From: a virus
Lineage: Duplodnaviria > Caudoviricetes
Virus record (IMG/VR): IMGVR_UViG_3300031555_001469
DNA length: 64,000 bases
Direction: 5' to 3' (one strand)
Shown here: positions 49,946 through 59,159 of the stretch, piece by piece
Layout of the letters: every line of letters begins with the position of its first letter
How positions within the stretch are numbered: the first letter of the stretch is position 1
Translations under genes and position numbers: made by a program
Notes under the pieces: generated by a model
Seen by the model: only the letters and a program-made list of their open reading frames with translations
The model's database searches: none
What the model was told of the DNA's origin: nothing

Positions 49946-51523
49946 ATGGCACTTACATTAGACGAACTTAAGGGAACAACGCCTGAAGCAGAAGCTACAC
50001 CAGCAGTTGAAACCGAAAAGGGAACTGTTGTAGAAACTCTCTCAGGTCAGAAGATTAAGACATTTACTCCAGATGAAATTGGAGCTCCAAGAAAAGTAGA
50101 AAATTCTCTTGCTGATAATATGGCAAAGGAATTAAGTGTATTGGATGAAGGTATTCAGAGAAATAAAGAAAAGCTTTATGCTGAATACGTAGCACCTCAG
50201 ATTGAAGCTGAGGCTGAAGCTGCATTAACAGGTGAGTTAGATTTCGAAGAATCTGAAGAAGCTGTATCTGGTCAGATTAGTGCTGATGATATTGATGATT
50301 TAGATATCGAATTAGATGAATCTACTCCAGCAACAATGGATGATTACAAGGTTGCTGCTCCTATTGAAAAAGTATCTGAAGCAGTAGCTGTTGCAGCTCC
50401 TGAAGTAAGTACAACTGCACCTGATATGACAAGTCTTAAGGAAGACTTAGGTAAGGACTTCTTCGAAGATGACGAAGAAGAAGATACTATTCTTGAAGGT
50501 GATGATGCTGAAGAAGAATTAGAACAGGTTAAGGCTGAGATTAAGAGTAGCATTAAGCCAATCAACAATGTAGTTGATTTGACTAAGTTTACTATCTCTA
50601 AGAAGCCGGCTTCTAGTTCTACATTATTAAAGAGTGTAAATGCTGTTTCTAAGGCTGCAGACTGGGTTCTGTATGCTGCTAAGAAGCCGATTACAATGAC
50701 ATCTCTTAACGGTGTTGAGTTGGATCATTTCAATCCAAGAAATATTTCTAGTTCTAGAAATAGACTTAATACTTATAAGCAGCTTTATACAATCATGTAT
50801 AAGCATCTTGAGGATGAGAATAAGCCTGCTACATTAGAAGCATGGACTAAGACCATCCCATTCTATGATATCAACCACTTATTCTTTGCAGTATATCGTG
50901 CTTGTTATAGTGATAACAATATCGTACCTTATACTTGCCCTAAGTGTGGTAAGACATCTATGATTAACGTAGATATCGATAAGATGGTTAAGTTTGATAA
51001 GCCTGAAATTGAATCTGAATTCTGGAAGCTTTACAATAAGGATACTACATCTGTAGATACTTATAAGCCTGAATTAGTTCAGATTTCTGATGATTTCGTT
51101 GCTGCTATCAAGCTTCCTACAGTATTTTCTGTAGTATTTGAGAATGCTGCATTAGACGAGAACTTCTTAAACAAGTACTCTGATCTTCTTGGTTTAATTA
51201 CTTATATTGATGCAATGTATTTCATCAATAGAGAAGCAGGAACCTTAGAAGAAATCAAGGTTAAAGTAGAAGCTAATGACTTTGTAAAGACAACCAAGAG
51301 AAAGATTGGTACATTTGCAAAGGTACTTTGCTCTCTTAACTCCGATCAGTACAATAACTTTGTTGCTAAAATGCAGGGTCTTATGGATTCGAATGATGGT
51401 ATCTCATACATTCAGCCTACCGCTACGTGTACACATTGTGGAGAGGAAATTGCAGAAAATGCAGTTGAGCCTTTAGACATGGTTTTTACACGGCATCAGT
51501 TGGGAGCCATCAGCAATTTATAG
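49946..51523 (+). CDS. Baseplate hub assembly/tail chaperone (T4 gp26-like) with acidic N-terminal region
   Basis: DINHLFFAVYRACY...CPKCG and CTHCG; follows the gp25-like gene. Confidence 0.6.
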   Translation: MALTLDELKGTTPEAEATPAVETEKGTVVETLSGQKIKTFTPDEIGAPRKVENSLADNMAKELSVLDEGIQRNKEKLYAEYVAPQIEAEAEAALTGELDFEESEEAVSGQISADDIDDLDIELDESTPATMDDYKVAAPIEKVSEAVAVAAPEVSTTAPDMTSLKEDLGKDFFEDDEEEDTILEGDDAEEELEQVKAEIKSSIKPINNVVDLTKFTISKKPASSSTLLKSVNAVSKAADWVLYAAKKPITMTSLNGVELDHFNPRNISSSRNRLNTYKQLYTIMYKHLEDENKPATLEAWTKTIPFYDINHLFFAVYRACYSDNNIVPYTCPKCGKTSMINVDIDKMVKFDKPEIESEFWKLYNKDTTSVDTYKPELVQISDDFVAAIKLPTVFSVVFENAALDENFLNKYSDLLGLITYIDAMYFINREAGTLEEIKVKVEANDFVKTTKRKIGTFAKVLCSLNSDQYNNFVAKMQGLMDSNDGISYIQPTATCTHCGEEIAENAVEPLDMVFTRHQLGAISNL

Positions 51524-51534
51524 AACGTGTAGAG

Positions 51535-51708
51535 ATGGTTGCGACCTTCTACAGAGGTCGCACCACCTTTAAGGAACTGATGGAAATGCCTATATCAGAC
51601 TTTAACTTATTATTCAATCTAGCACTTAAGCAGAATGAAAAAGATGCTAAAGATGGTAAGGCAGGAGAACGCCAACTGGCAGAAGCAGTAGAAGATGAAA
51701 TGGGGTAA
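51535..51708 (+). CDS. Small chaperone-T/gp51-like ORF, probably reached by -1 frameshift (not in ORF track)
   Basis: MVATFYRGRTTFKELMEMPISDFNLLF...; -1 frame open from 51487. Confidence 0.6.
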   Translation: MVATFYRGRTTFKELMEMPISDFNLLFNLALKQNEKDAKDGKAGERQLAEAVEDEMG

Positions 51709-51714
51709 ATTAGA

Positions 51715-52026
51715 ATGAAAGATATGATTAATTTTACACAAGGTTTATTATCTGACGTAGACAATCTTCAATCTGTATTTACCAAATTTTTTGATCAACA
51801 TGTAGCGATGTACTATTTAGCTTCAGATTATCCTGTATCTGTGACATCTGAAGTACATAGTGCAACGATCATATATATTGTCAAACCTAACAGGGTTGAA
51901 GAATTGAAACACATAATTGAAAGTATGTCAACTCCAGTCTCTGTGGGTAATAAAACTTATTATCCAGAGCTTGACATTAGAGGAGACAATTTATACGTTA
52001 CTTTGAGGGATACTAGGGCAACCTAG
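51715..52026 (+). CDS. Hypothetical protein
   Basis: ORF ending in terminator hairpin 52007-52032. Confidence 0.65.
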   Translation: MKDMINFTQGLLSDVDNLQSVFTKFFDQHVAMYYLASDYPVSVTSEVHSATIIYIVKPNRVEELKHIIESMSTPVSVGNKTYYPELDIRGDNLYVTLRDTRAT

Positions 52027-52084
52027 TATCCCTTTTTTAACGTTTTGACATATGATTAATAATAAAAAGGAGGTGTTATTCGAA

Positions 52085-53854
52085 ATGGAAAATGATATCC
52101 TTTTTCCAGATGCTAGGTCTTCTTATGATAGATTTGAAGACACTGAAGAAAACATGATGTTTGTAAGAGGTCTTAATCCTACTCAAAGAATAGTACAGGA
52201 AGCTGGTTCGAGAAGATTCCATATTGAACCATTAGATCCAGATAAACTTATTAAAATTAATGATTTAAAAGAAATAACTAACCCTACATTCTTTAGTGGT
52301 AATAATGTACCTACTCCAGATGGATTATTATCTAATGAAATATTTGGTTATTCTAAAGAAGATAGAGGTAATACTTTTGCATACATATCTTTATCAGAAT
52401 GGTTTATGCATCCATTGCATTATAAGATATGGTGTAAGATTGACTCAAAGATTAAATCTGTTATCCATGAAGTGGATACCTTCTCCATAGTTGGAGGAAA
52501 GATTACTCAAGATCCAAATGGTAAATCGGGTTTAAAATGGTTAAGAGAAAATATAGATCAGATTAAGTTTGATTTATATGAATCTAAGCAGCGTGATAAT
52601 GTAGAGTTCTTAAAGAAGTTTAAGGATACTATGTTTATCAGAAACTTTATAGTTATACCAGCATATTACAGAGACGTCAATAGTACAGGGGGATATGTTG
52701 GTGTAGGTGAAATAAATCAGATGTATGCTTCTCTATTAATCGCAGTACGTGGTCTGAGAGAATCGAAAGATTACGGATTGAGTTTATCTGGAGCAACCAG
52801 GGGAAGAGTACAGGAGACATTGGTAAATATATATAAATGGTTTGCTGATGGCTCTACATCAACTGGTTCTAAAGATGGTGTAGGTATGGCAGGTAAGTAT
52901 GGTATTTTAAGAAGAGCTAATCTTAATAAAACTACAGACTACTCTTCTAGATTAGTATTATCTGCTCCGATGTTAAGATGTGAAAACTTAGAAGATATGA
53001 TGGTAGATACAGATTATTCTGCTTTACCATTAGCTTCAGCGTGTGTAAACTTCTACCCTTATATGCTTTATTATATAAGATCTTTCTTTGAAAAAGAATT
53101 AGGTGGAAACCCTCGCTATGATTATATTGATAAGAATGGCAAACTGCAGTCAATTAAATTAAAAGACTACAGAATAGAATATTCTGATGAAAGAATCAAA
53201 AAAGAAATCGACAGATTTGTTCATGGTTATGCGAATCGTTTCATTCCTATTGAGGTTCCAAATGAAGAAGGCAAAAAGATCTACATGCAGTTTAAAGGTC
53301 ATTTGACCACTTCAGAAGAATTTTTAAAAGGCGAAATAGATCCTGCTTCACATACTATGGTCGAAAGAGACTTAACGTGGTGTGATCTTTTATATATTGC
53401 AGCATGTGAAGTATCTAAAGATAAAATGGTTCTTATAACAAGATACCCTATGGACTCATATTATAACCAGTTCCCATCTAAAGTAAGAATATCTTCTACT
53501 AAAGAAACAGAACCAATGGTTATAGATGGCGTATTCTATAAATGGTATCCAAAGATCAGGCAGGAAGATATGGGAACCCAAACATCTAATAAATTTATTG
53601 ATACTTTAAATATAAGTAACGTATTGCTTAAAGCTATTGTCGGAGATTATGATGGTGACCAAGTTTCAGTTAAACCATTATATTCTATAGAAGCTAATGC
53701 TGAATTAGAAAAGCATTTAGATTCTAAGTCACGCTTTATTTCGCTCGGTGGTGAAAACGTTCGTGTTACTACTAATGAAGGAATTCAAACATTGTATAAC
53801 CTTACGATTCATATGCCTAATAGTAATCTCGGTGGCCCTAAGTTCAAAAAGTAA
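52085..53854 (+). CDS. Multisubunit RNA polymerase beta' subunit, N-terminal half with catalytic motif (probably virion RNAP)
   Basis: DGLLSNEIFG, VIPAYYRD, GILRRANLNKTTDYSSRLVL, LITRYP, GDYDGDQ. Confidence 0.9.
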   Translation: MENDILFPDARSSYDRFEDTEENMMFVRGLNPTQRIVQEAGSRRFHIEPLDPDKLIKINDLKEITNPTFFSGNNVPTPDGLLSNEIFGYSKEDRGNTFAYISLSEWFMHPLHYKIWCKIDSKIKSVIHEVDTFSIVGGKITQDPNGKSGLKWLRENIDQIKFDLYESKQRDNVEFLKKFKDTMFIRNFIVIPAYYRDVNSTGGYVGVGEINQMYASLLIAVRGLRESKDYGLSLSGATRGRVQETLVNIYKWFADGSTSTGSKDGVGMAGKYGILRRANLNKTTDYSSRLVLSAPMLRCENLEDMMVDTDYSALPLASACVNFYPYMLYYIRSFFEKELGGNPRYDYIDKNGKLQSIKLKDYRIEYSDERIKKEIDRFVHGYANRFIPIEVPNEEGKKIYMQFKGHLTTSEEFLKGEIDPASHTMVERDLTWCDLLYIAACEVSKDKMVLITRYPMDSYYNQFPSKVRISSTKETEPMVIDGVFYKWYPKIRQEDMGTQTSNKFIDTLNISNVLLKAIVGDYDGDQVSVKPLYSIEANAELEKHLDSKSRFISLGGENVRVTTNEGIQTLYNLTIHMPNSNLGGPKFKK

Positions 53855-53943
53855 ATCTTTGTATTTTTAAGTATATATTATATCTGTGACATCATAGAAT
53901 AAAATAAAATTTATTCTTGTAGACAAGAAAGGAGACAGATAAT

Positions 53944-54036
53944 ATGAGCATTAAAACATCGTTGATTTATTTGAAAGATGAGGACAACGCGGGAGGAAAC
54001 AATACCGATAGGTCCACAGTAGGCAGAGAAAGATGA
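53944..54036 (+). CDS. Possible 30-aa peptide in a short early transcript
   Basis: AAAGGAG SD, early motif at 53874, downstream hairpins. Confidence 0.4.
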   Translation: MSIKTSLIYLKDEDNAGGNNTDRSTVGRER

Positions 54037-54281
54037 TGAAGGACAAAATAAAAGGAAGTACACTTAAGAGTGTACTTCCTTCTTTCTCTGCCGATAACTT
54101 TTATTTTTTTGCAAATGAAACCCGTATAGATTTCTCTATACGGGTAATCATCTTCTCTTCCATTAACTTAGTATCCTCCCCGACATAAATAAATATGCCG
54201 GATTCCTTTAATAAAACCCTCCAAATAATATTAAAGGCTTCTAGACTAATTTAGTCTATTATATTAAAGTTAATACTATAA

Positions 54282-54671
54282 TTATTTATTTTTCTTTTTT
54301 CCAGAGTTCTTAGACTGGTTAACCTTTTCCACTTCCTCAACCGGAGCTTCGTCTTCAGCTGGAGCAGTTTCTTCAGGTGTTTCGTCTACTACTTCTTCTG
54401 GAACTTCAGGTTCCTGAACTTCTTCAACTACTTCTTCTACAGGAGTTGGTTCTGGTTCCTGAGGAGCTACTGGTTCTACTACCTTAGTAGGTTCTACTAC
54501 TGGAGCAACTTCGACCTTAGCAGGCTGAGCTCCAACGTATTCTACGGTAGCACCATATAATTTACAGATTCTAATTTCATCTTCTGTAAGATTAATGTTT
54601 TTCTTATTTCCGACAAAAGGTCTTCTTAAACCTCTAATTGTCTTCTTTGCATATACGTTAACAATAGGCAT
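54282..54671 (-). CDS. Pro/Glu/Val-rich protein
   Basis: Low-complexity EPVAPQEPEPTPVEE tract; AGGAGG SD. Confidence 0.7.
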   Translation of the reverse strand: MPIVNVYAKKTIRGLRRPFVGNKKNINLTEDEIRICKLYGATVEYVGAQPAKVEVAPVVEPTKVVEPVAPQEPEPTPVEEVVEEVQEPEVPEEVVDETPEETAPAEDEAPVEEVEKVNQSKNSGKKKNK

Positions 54672-54690
54672 TATTTTATCCTCCTTTACC

Positions 54691-54927
54691 TTACATTAAC
54701 TCTATACCTTCATATGGATCATAGTCATCTTCATCTGGTTCGATTTGGGCTAAGAATCCAGGTATATCTTCGAATTTGTCTGCTTCTGCCTCAAGTAATG
54801 CCATGTCTGCTTCTTCAAGACCAGCTTCAAGTTCAAACTCAGCATCTTCGAGTTCATCTACAGCAGCGTCGATCATGTCATATACAGGATCATTTAAATC
54901 GAGCATATCTTCGATAAAATCATTCAT
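54691..54927 (-). CDS. Small very acidic protein (78 aa)
   Basis: Start reassigned to MNDFIEDMLD (GGAGG SD; overlaps upstream stop). Confidence 0.7.
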   Translation of the reverse strand: MNDFIEDMLDLNDPVYDMIDAAVDELEDAEFELEAGLEEADMALLEAEADKFEDIPGFLAQIEPDEDDYDPYEGIELM

Positions 54928-55093
54928 CGTCTTCATCCTCCATTTCTTCTTCGTATGGATCGGAGAAAATAGAAACAGTTTGTCCATCCATGACAGCATC
55001 TATCATTTCTCCATCGATATCATCATAAGTCAAGTTATCAATGTGATCTTCAGACTTCATTTCATTCAATAACATCTGCTCTATTTCAGTCAT
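54920..55093 (-). CDS. Small very acidic protein (57 aa; not in ORF track)
   Basis: AGGAGG SD; MTEIEQMLLNEMKSEDHIDNLTYDDIDGEM...EEEMEDEDDE. Confidence 0.7.
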   Translation of the reverse strand: MTEIEQMLLNEMKSEDHIDNLTYDDIDGEMIDAVMDGQTVSIFSDPYEEEMEDEDDE

Positions 55094-55115
55094 ATAACTA
55101 CCTCCTTTTTAATAT

Positions 55116-56315
55116 TTACTTTGATGTTGCTCCCATTATATCCCTAACATGGTTATCTAAGATATAGATAACGGCTGGTATATGGTAAAATGAGATACTA
55201 TTGGGTAATAAGTCCATATTATCAATAAGCTCTTCAATATCGTTAAACATAGGCTCATTATTATAGTACCGCACAATAATATTGAGAAATTTCATGTTAG
55301 GTTCTGTGAATTCAACGTTATTTGTTATATTAGAAACTAATTGAGGAAGTAAAGTTTCTACTGGGTATTTGAATGGAGAACCCTTAGCATAATCTACACA
55401 ATAATAGTCTTCATATCTAGAGGTGAATAATGAAGCATAGTCGTCAATTAATACAGCACCACTAGCTCCTACCCCTAACTTATTCTTGTCTTTCTTTTCC
55501 AACGAACGCATAAACGTTCTATTATAATCAATAGGAAATGTCTTTTCCAAAGGAATCTGATGTCCTATGTAGATATAGTCAGTTCCAGATAAGATATTAT
55601 TGCGTCTTAAGAACTCAATCATATAAGGATCATAGATAAGGAACCCATTATATTCATATATAAAGGTCTGTACCCCATGATCATAAAATAAGCTTTTAAA
55701 GTAATTCTTTAAAGCTATGGAATAATCATCCAACTTCTTAGCCAAGTCAAAGGTTTCTTCTCTTACAACTAAGCTTAAGTTAGTACCCTGATTACCCATA
55801 ATAAACTTCCAGGTTTCTTGTACCTGGCCTTGTAAATCCTCATCAGTAATTCTGTCATACTTCCAATTGATCTTGTAGAAGTTAGCTCCATTATCGAAAG
55901 TATCAATATTTACATCGTTTACTTTAAATAAATAACGCCCTTTAGCATGATCAATTACAAAGAAGTCTCCAGGATATGGGATCCATGAATTAGGAAGAAC
56001 AAAAGATTCAGATTCTAATCCTTCAGATTCTAAACCAAAATCTCCCTGATTTAAATCTACTTCTAATCTAGAAGTACCGTATAAGACAGCATCCTTAATC
56101 AAATTATACTTAATAGGAGAATCGTCTCCAATATCCGTATAAGGTGTTCTAGTTGCTTCGTCTAATGTAGTGTGACCTTTGTTGATATTATAATATTGGA
56201 CAACGAAAGGTTTCTTATCAATAAAATTATAGTACGGATTATCTAATCTATTTTCATAGCCTGTAGTTAAGGCGTTAATAGTATCCGTATACTTCGTGTT
56301 TTGGAAAGAAGCCAT
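55116..56315 (-). CDS. Late virion structural protein, possibly neck/head completion
   Basis: Late motif at 56340; PYPGDFFVI...LFKVNDV beta pattern. Confidence 0.5.
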   Translation of the reverse strand: MASFQNTKYTDTINALTTGYENRLDNPYYNFIDKKPFVVQYYNINKGHTTLDEATRTPYTDIGDDSPIKYNLIKDAVLYGTSRLEVDLNQGDFGLESEGLESESFVLPNSWIPYPGDFFVIDHAKGRYLFKVNDVNIDTFDNGANFYKINWKYDRITDEDLQGQVQETWKFIMGNQGTNLSLVVREETFDLAKKLDDYSIALKNYFKSLFYDHGVQTFIYEYNGFLIYDPYMIEFLRRNNILSGTDYIYIGHQIPLEKTFPIDYNRTFMRSLEKKDKNKLGVGASGAVLIDDYASLFTSRYEDYYCVDYAKGSPFKYPVETLLPQLVSNITNNVEFTEPNMKFLNIIVRYYNNEPMFNDIEELIDNMDLLPNSISFYHIPAVIYILDNHVRDIMGATSK

Positions 56316-56393
56316 ATCAGCACCTCCTTTTTATTTAATTACTTGAATGTTTTCCGTTTAACCTCTTAAGGGGAGATTATCGAGAAGAATGGT

Positions 56394-57452
56394 TTACATT
56401 CTTCTCGACACTGGATAACAGTTATCTATAATTTTAGTCTTCGGTACACCAAAATCCTTTTCTCCTTCATATCCATTTCTATGGATAAATATATCCACAT
56501 TTAATCCTTTTAAATAGTTTACTATCTTTTGTACTTCATATTCATCAACATCACCATCTACGTAGATATGCAATATAATATTGATTAATCCTAATTCTTG
56601 TACAAAAAATTTAACCAGATTAATATATGAACGACCTCCAATAGATGCTATGATTCTATTAGTCTTATCGCCATCTAATACATTATATAAAATACTTAAT
56701 GCATCAAATGGACCTTCTGCTAAATGAATCTCTATTGGATTAGGATTTAATAAATCAACTTGAGTTGGAATTACATAATGTCTCTTAGAATTATCTGTAT
56801 TATTAAAGATATTATAATTGACATATCTCTTATCCAACGCTTCATATTTAATTTCTCCAGGTTTTCTTATATTTCTCATATTAATAAATCCATTATCATA
56901 TGATAAGAATCCTAAGAAATTATTCTGTAGAATATCTCCTACATATGGTTGCCTAGTAAGGTTATGAATTCCATTTCCTCCTAGCAACTCATATAGATTA
57001 AATACTATCTTATTATCTAATGCTTGTCTGTAAGTCATAGTAGTACCTAATCTATCATTAATATATTTTAACTTCTGTTCCGCTAACCGCATATCAGAAA
57101 TATATAAATTATTAATCTTATGAATAGTATTAGTTCTATAGATTCTGTTACCAGGTCTAGATAAGATACTCTTATTATGAGCAGTCAATTCTATTGTCAT
57201 ATCAGAATCATATATATCAAACATTCTCAATGTTTTTGCATCAAATATACCAGCCTCTTGACACTTCTGACAGAAGTACATTGGCGGTTTGTCAGTTGTA
57301 TTTACCGAAATATAAAAATGAGCAGATCTTGGGTCTCTGGAGTCTAAACAAAATGGGCATCTACATAATACCTCTTTTCCTCCAGCTACAGCTTTTGCTC
57401 TAGGTATTCTTGCTACTAAGAATTCTTTAAAATTCTCAAGAAAGTTATCCAC
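56394..57452 (-). CDS. DNA primase (Zn finger plus TOPRIM)
   Basis: CPFC..D.....H...CQKC; LAEGPFDALS; YVDGD; KDFG. Confidence 0.85.
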   Translation of the reverse strand: MDNFLENFKEFLVARIPRAKAVAGGKEVLCRCPFCLDSRDPRSAHFYISVNTTDKPPMYFCQKCQEAGIFDAKTLRMFDIYDSDMTIELTAHNKSILSRPGNRIYRTNTIHKINNLYISDMRLAEQKLKYINDRLGTTMTYRQALDNKIVFNLYELLGGNGIHNLTRQPYVGDILQNNFLGFLSYDNGFINMRNIRKPGEIKYEALDKRYVNYNIFNNTDNSKRHYVIPTQVDLLNPNPIEIHLAEGPFDALSILYNVLDGDKTNRIIASIGGRSYINLVKFFVQELGLINIILHIYVDGDVDEYEVQKIVNYLKGLNVDIFIHRNGYEGEKDFGVPKTKIIDNCYPVSRRM

Positions 57453-57569
57453 TTATATAACCCCCTTTCTTTATTAATATAATGTCTAAACGTACGTAAA
57501 ACCGAATAATTAGAAAAAATAAAGGGAAGAGATTTTACTCTCTTCCCTTTTAATTATCTACTTTTGTAA

Positions 57570-58475
57570 TTAATTTTTCTTAGTAGCAATCTCTCTGTCA
57601 ATCTTATCCTTGTATAACTTAGCCGCAGATTCATATATTTTTTCAAGTTCCCAGCTATCAGGAATGAAGAAATGAGTAGGCTTTTTAATTACACCCATGT
57701 TATGATCGTCTGTAAGCCAGCCAAATAACTTGTGCCAATCTTCAGGAGCAACGCTAACAGTAAAGATAGGATAGCCATTGCCACCTCTTACTATTAAATC
57801 ATAGTAATCTTCGCAACCCTGTACATGAACTGCGTAAGCAATATCCTCTTCAACAATAATTTCTTCAAGAGAGAATAAGTGCTTAATTCTGTTTAAAGAA
57901 TACTTAATTGAATCATACTTATTGGATATTTCTTCGAAAGTATTCTTCATAATCTCGATAGCTTCATCAATCAGCTCTCCATCAGTTGCGTCGATAAAAG
58001 TAACAGATTCAGTCGGAGTATCAACTTCGTCTTCCGTAATAAAATTCATGAAAGGCGCAGTAATCTCTGTTTCATAGATGAATGCTTCGCTACACTCATA
58101 GCCGACGAATTCGTTAATATTAGTGAATCCGAGCTTCTCTACATATTTAGCCTGCCATTCCAAAGTGCCAGCATACTGTTCTGCTGTAGGCTCTATTGGG
58201 AAATAATCTCTACTTAAGCAAGAGTTTAATGCAATAGGCATCTTGTCTTCGAAGTAGCTAATAAACTTATCAACCGCTTCCTTAGAAACTAACTTACCTC
58301 TACAGCTAAACTCAGTAAAGATATCATGAATTACTACAACATTCTTACAATCTGGTAAGATAGCAAAAATGTCATCTACCAAGAAACTGTTTCTGCAAGG
58401 TGAATCTGCACCCTGTCTTTCATAAATAATGTAACTGATTGTTGTTGGTCCGTAGACAAACTTTCTTTTTTCCAT
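57570..58475 (-). CDS. Hypothetical protein with GNAT-like N-terminal domain
   Basis: IHDIFTEFSCRGKLVSKEAV (motif A-like), YVEKLGF (motif B-like). Confidence 0.5.
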   Translation of the reverse strand: MEKRKFVYGPTTISYIIYERQGADSPCRNSFLVDDIFAILPDCKNVVVIHDIFTEFSCRGKLVSKEAVDKFISYFEDKMPIALNSCLSRDYFPIEPTAEQYAGTLEWQAKYVEKLGFTNINEFVGYECSEAFIYETEITAPFMNFITEDEVDTPTESVTFIDATDGELIDEAIEIMKNTFEEISNKYDSIKYSLNRIKHLFSLEEIIVEEDIAYAVHVQGCEDYYDLIVRGGNGYPIFTVSVAPEDWHKLFGWLTDDHNMGVIKKPTHFFIPDSWELEKIYESAAKLYKDKIDREIATKKN

Positions 58476-58546
58476 AATGGAATCCTCCTTTAAAAATATT
58501 AGTAGTGTAAACCGTCATTGGTTTACACTACTATAATATACAATTG

Positions 58547-59077
58547 TTATTGATTTTCTAAATCGTATAAAACGATTTCACCTTTCTCTAAAGATTCCTG
58601 AACACAAATAGTTCTCTGGTTACTAGAACCTTTGAATCTGAGAGATAAGTCTTTTAATTCTTCTACAAATTCCCCATCAACTAAAACGTCTATGTAAGAT
58701 AAGATTTCTTTAGTTTCTGGAATTTCATCTACCATTCTGCCAAGAATATCTTTTTCAAAGTCATATCCAGAGAAGAGCCAAATGCTCTTCTCAGGATATT
58801 TCTTTCTTACTTTTCGTAATAATTTTAATACTCCAGGCTGATTATTTGGATCAATTGGTTCACCACCGAGTATTGTAAGACCAGTAATATATGAAGGTTC
58901 CATATATGAAATAATCTTACCAATAGTAAATTCGGTAAATGGCTCACCATAATTAAAATCCCATGCTACTTTATTAAAGCATCCTTTACAATAATGAGTG
59001 CATCCACTAACGAATAATGATACTCTAATACCAGGTCCATTAGCTACATCATATTGTTTAATATCAGCATAGTTCAT
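58547..59077 (-). CDS. nrdG: Anaerobic RNR activase (radical SAM)
   Basis: NGPGIRVSLFVSGCTHYCKGCFN, GGEP, DVLVDG, GSSNQR. Confidence 0.95.
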   Translation of the reverse strand: MNYADIKQYDVANGPGIRVSLFVSGCTHYCKGCFNKVAWDFNYGEPFTEFTIGKIISYMEPSYITGLTILGGEPIDPNNQPGVLKLLRKVRKKYPEKSIWLFSGYDFEKDILGRMVDEIPETKEILSYIDVLVDGEFVEELKDLSLRFKGSSNQRTICVQESLEKGEIVLYDLENQ

Positions 59078-59091
59078 AATAATTACTCCTT

Positions 59092-59159
59092 TTAGATATG
59101 AAGTACTCTTGAATTAATTTCTTTTGTCTTACCGACATTCCAGAAATTCTCTCCTAAAT
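59092..59159 (-). CDS. nrdD: nrdD exon 2
   Basis: (Y)LGENFWNVGKTKEINSRVLHI* completes the RTCGYL motif. Confidence 0.9.

Noticed and set aside
51549-51764. 71-aa minus-strand ORF from the track
   Set aside because: Antisense to the better-supported plus-strand chaperone extension 51535-51708
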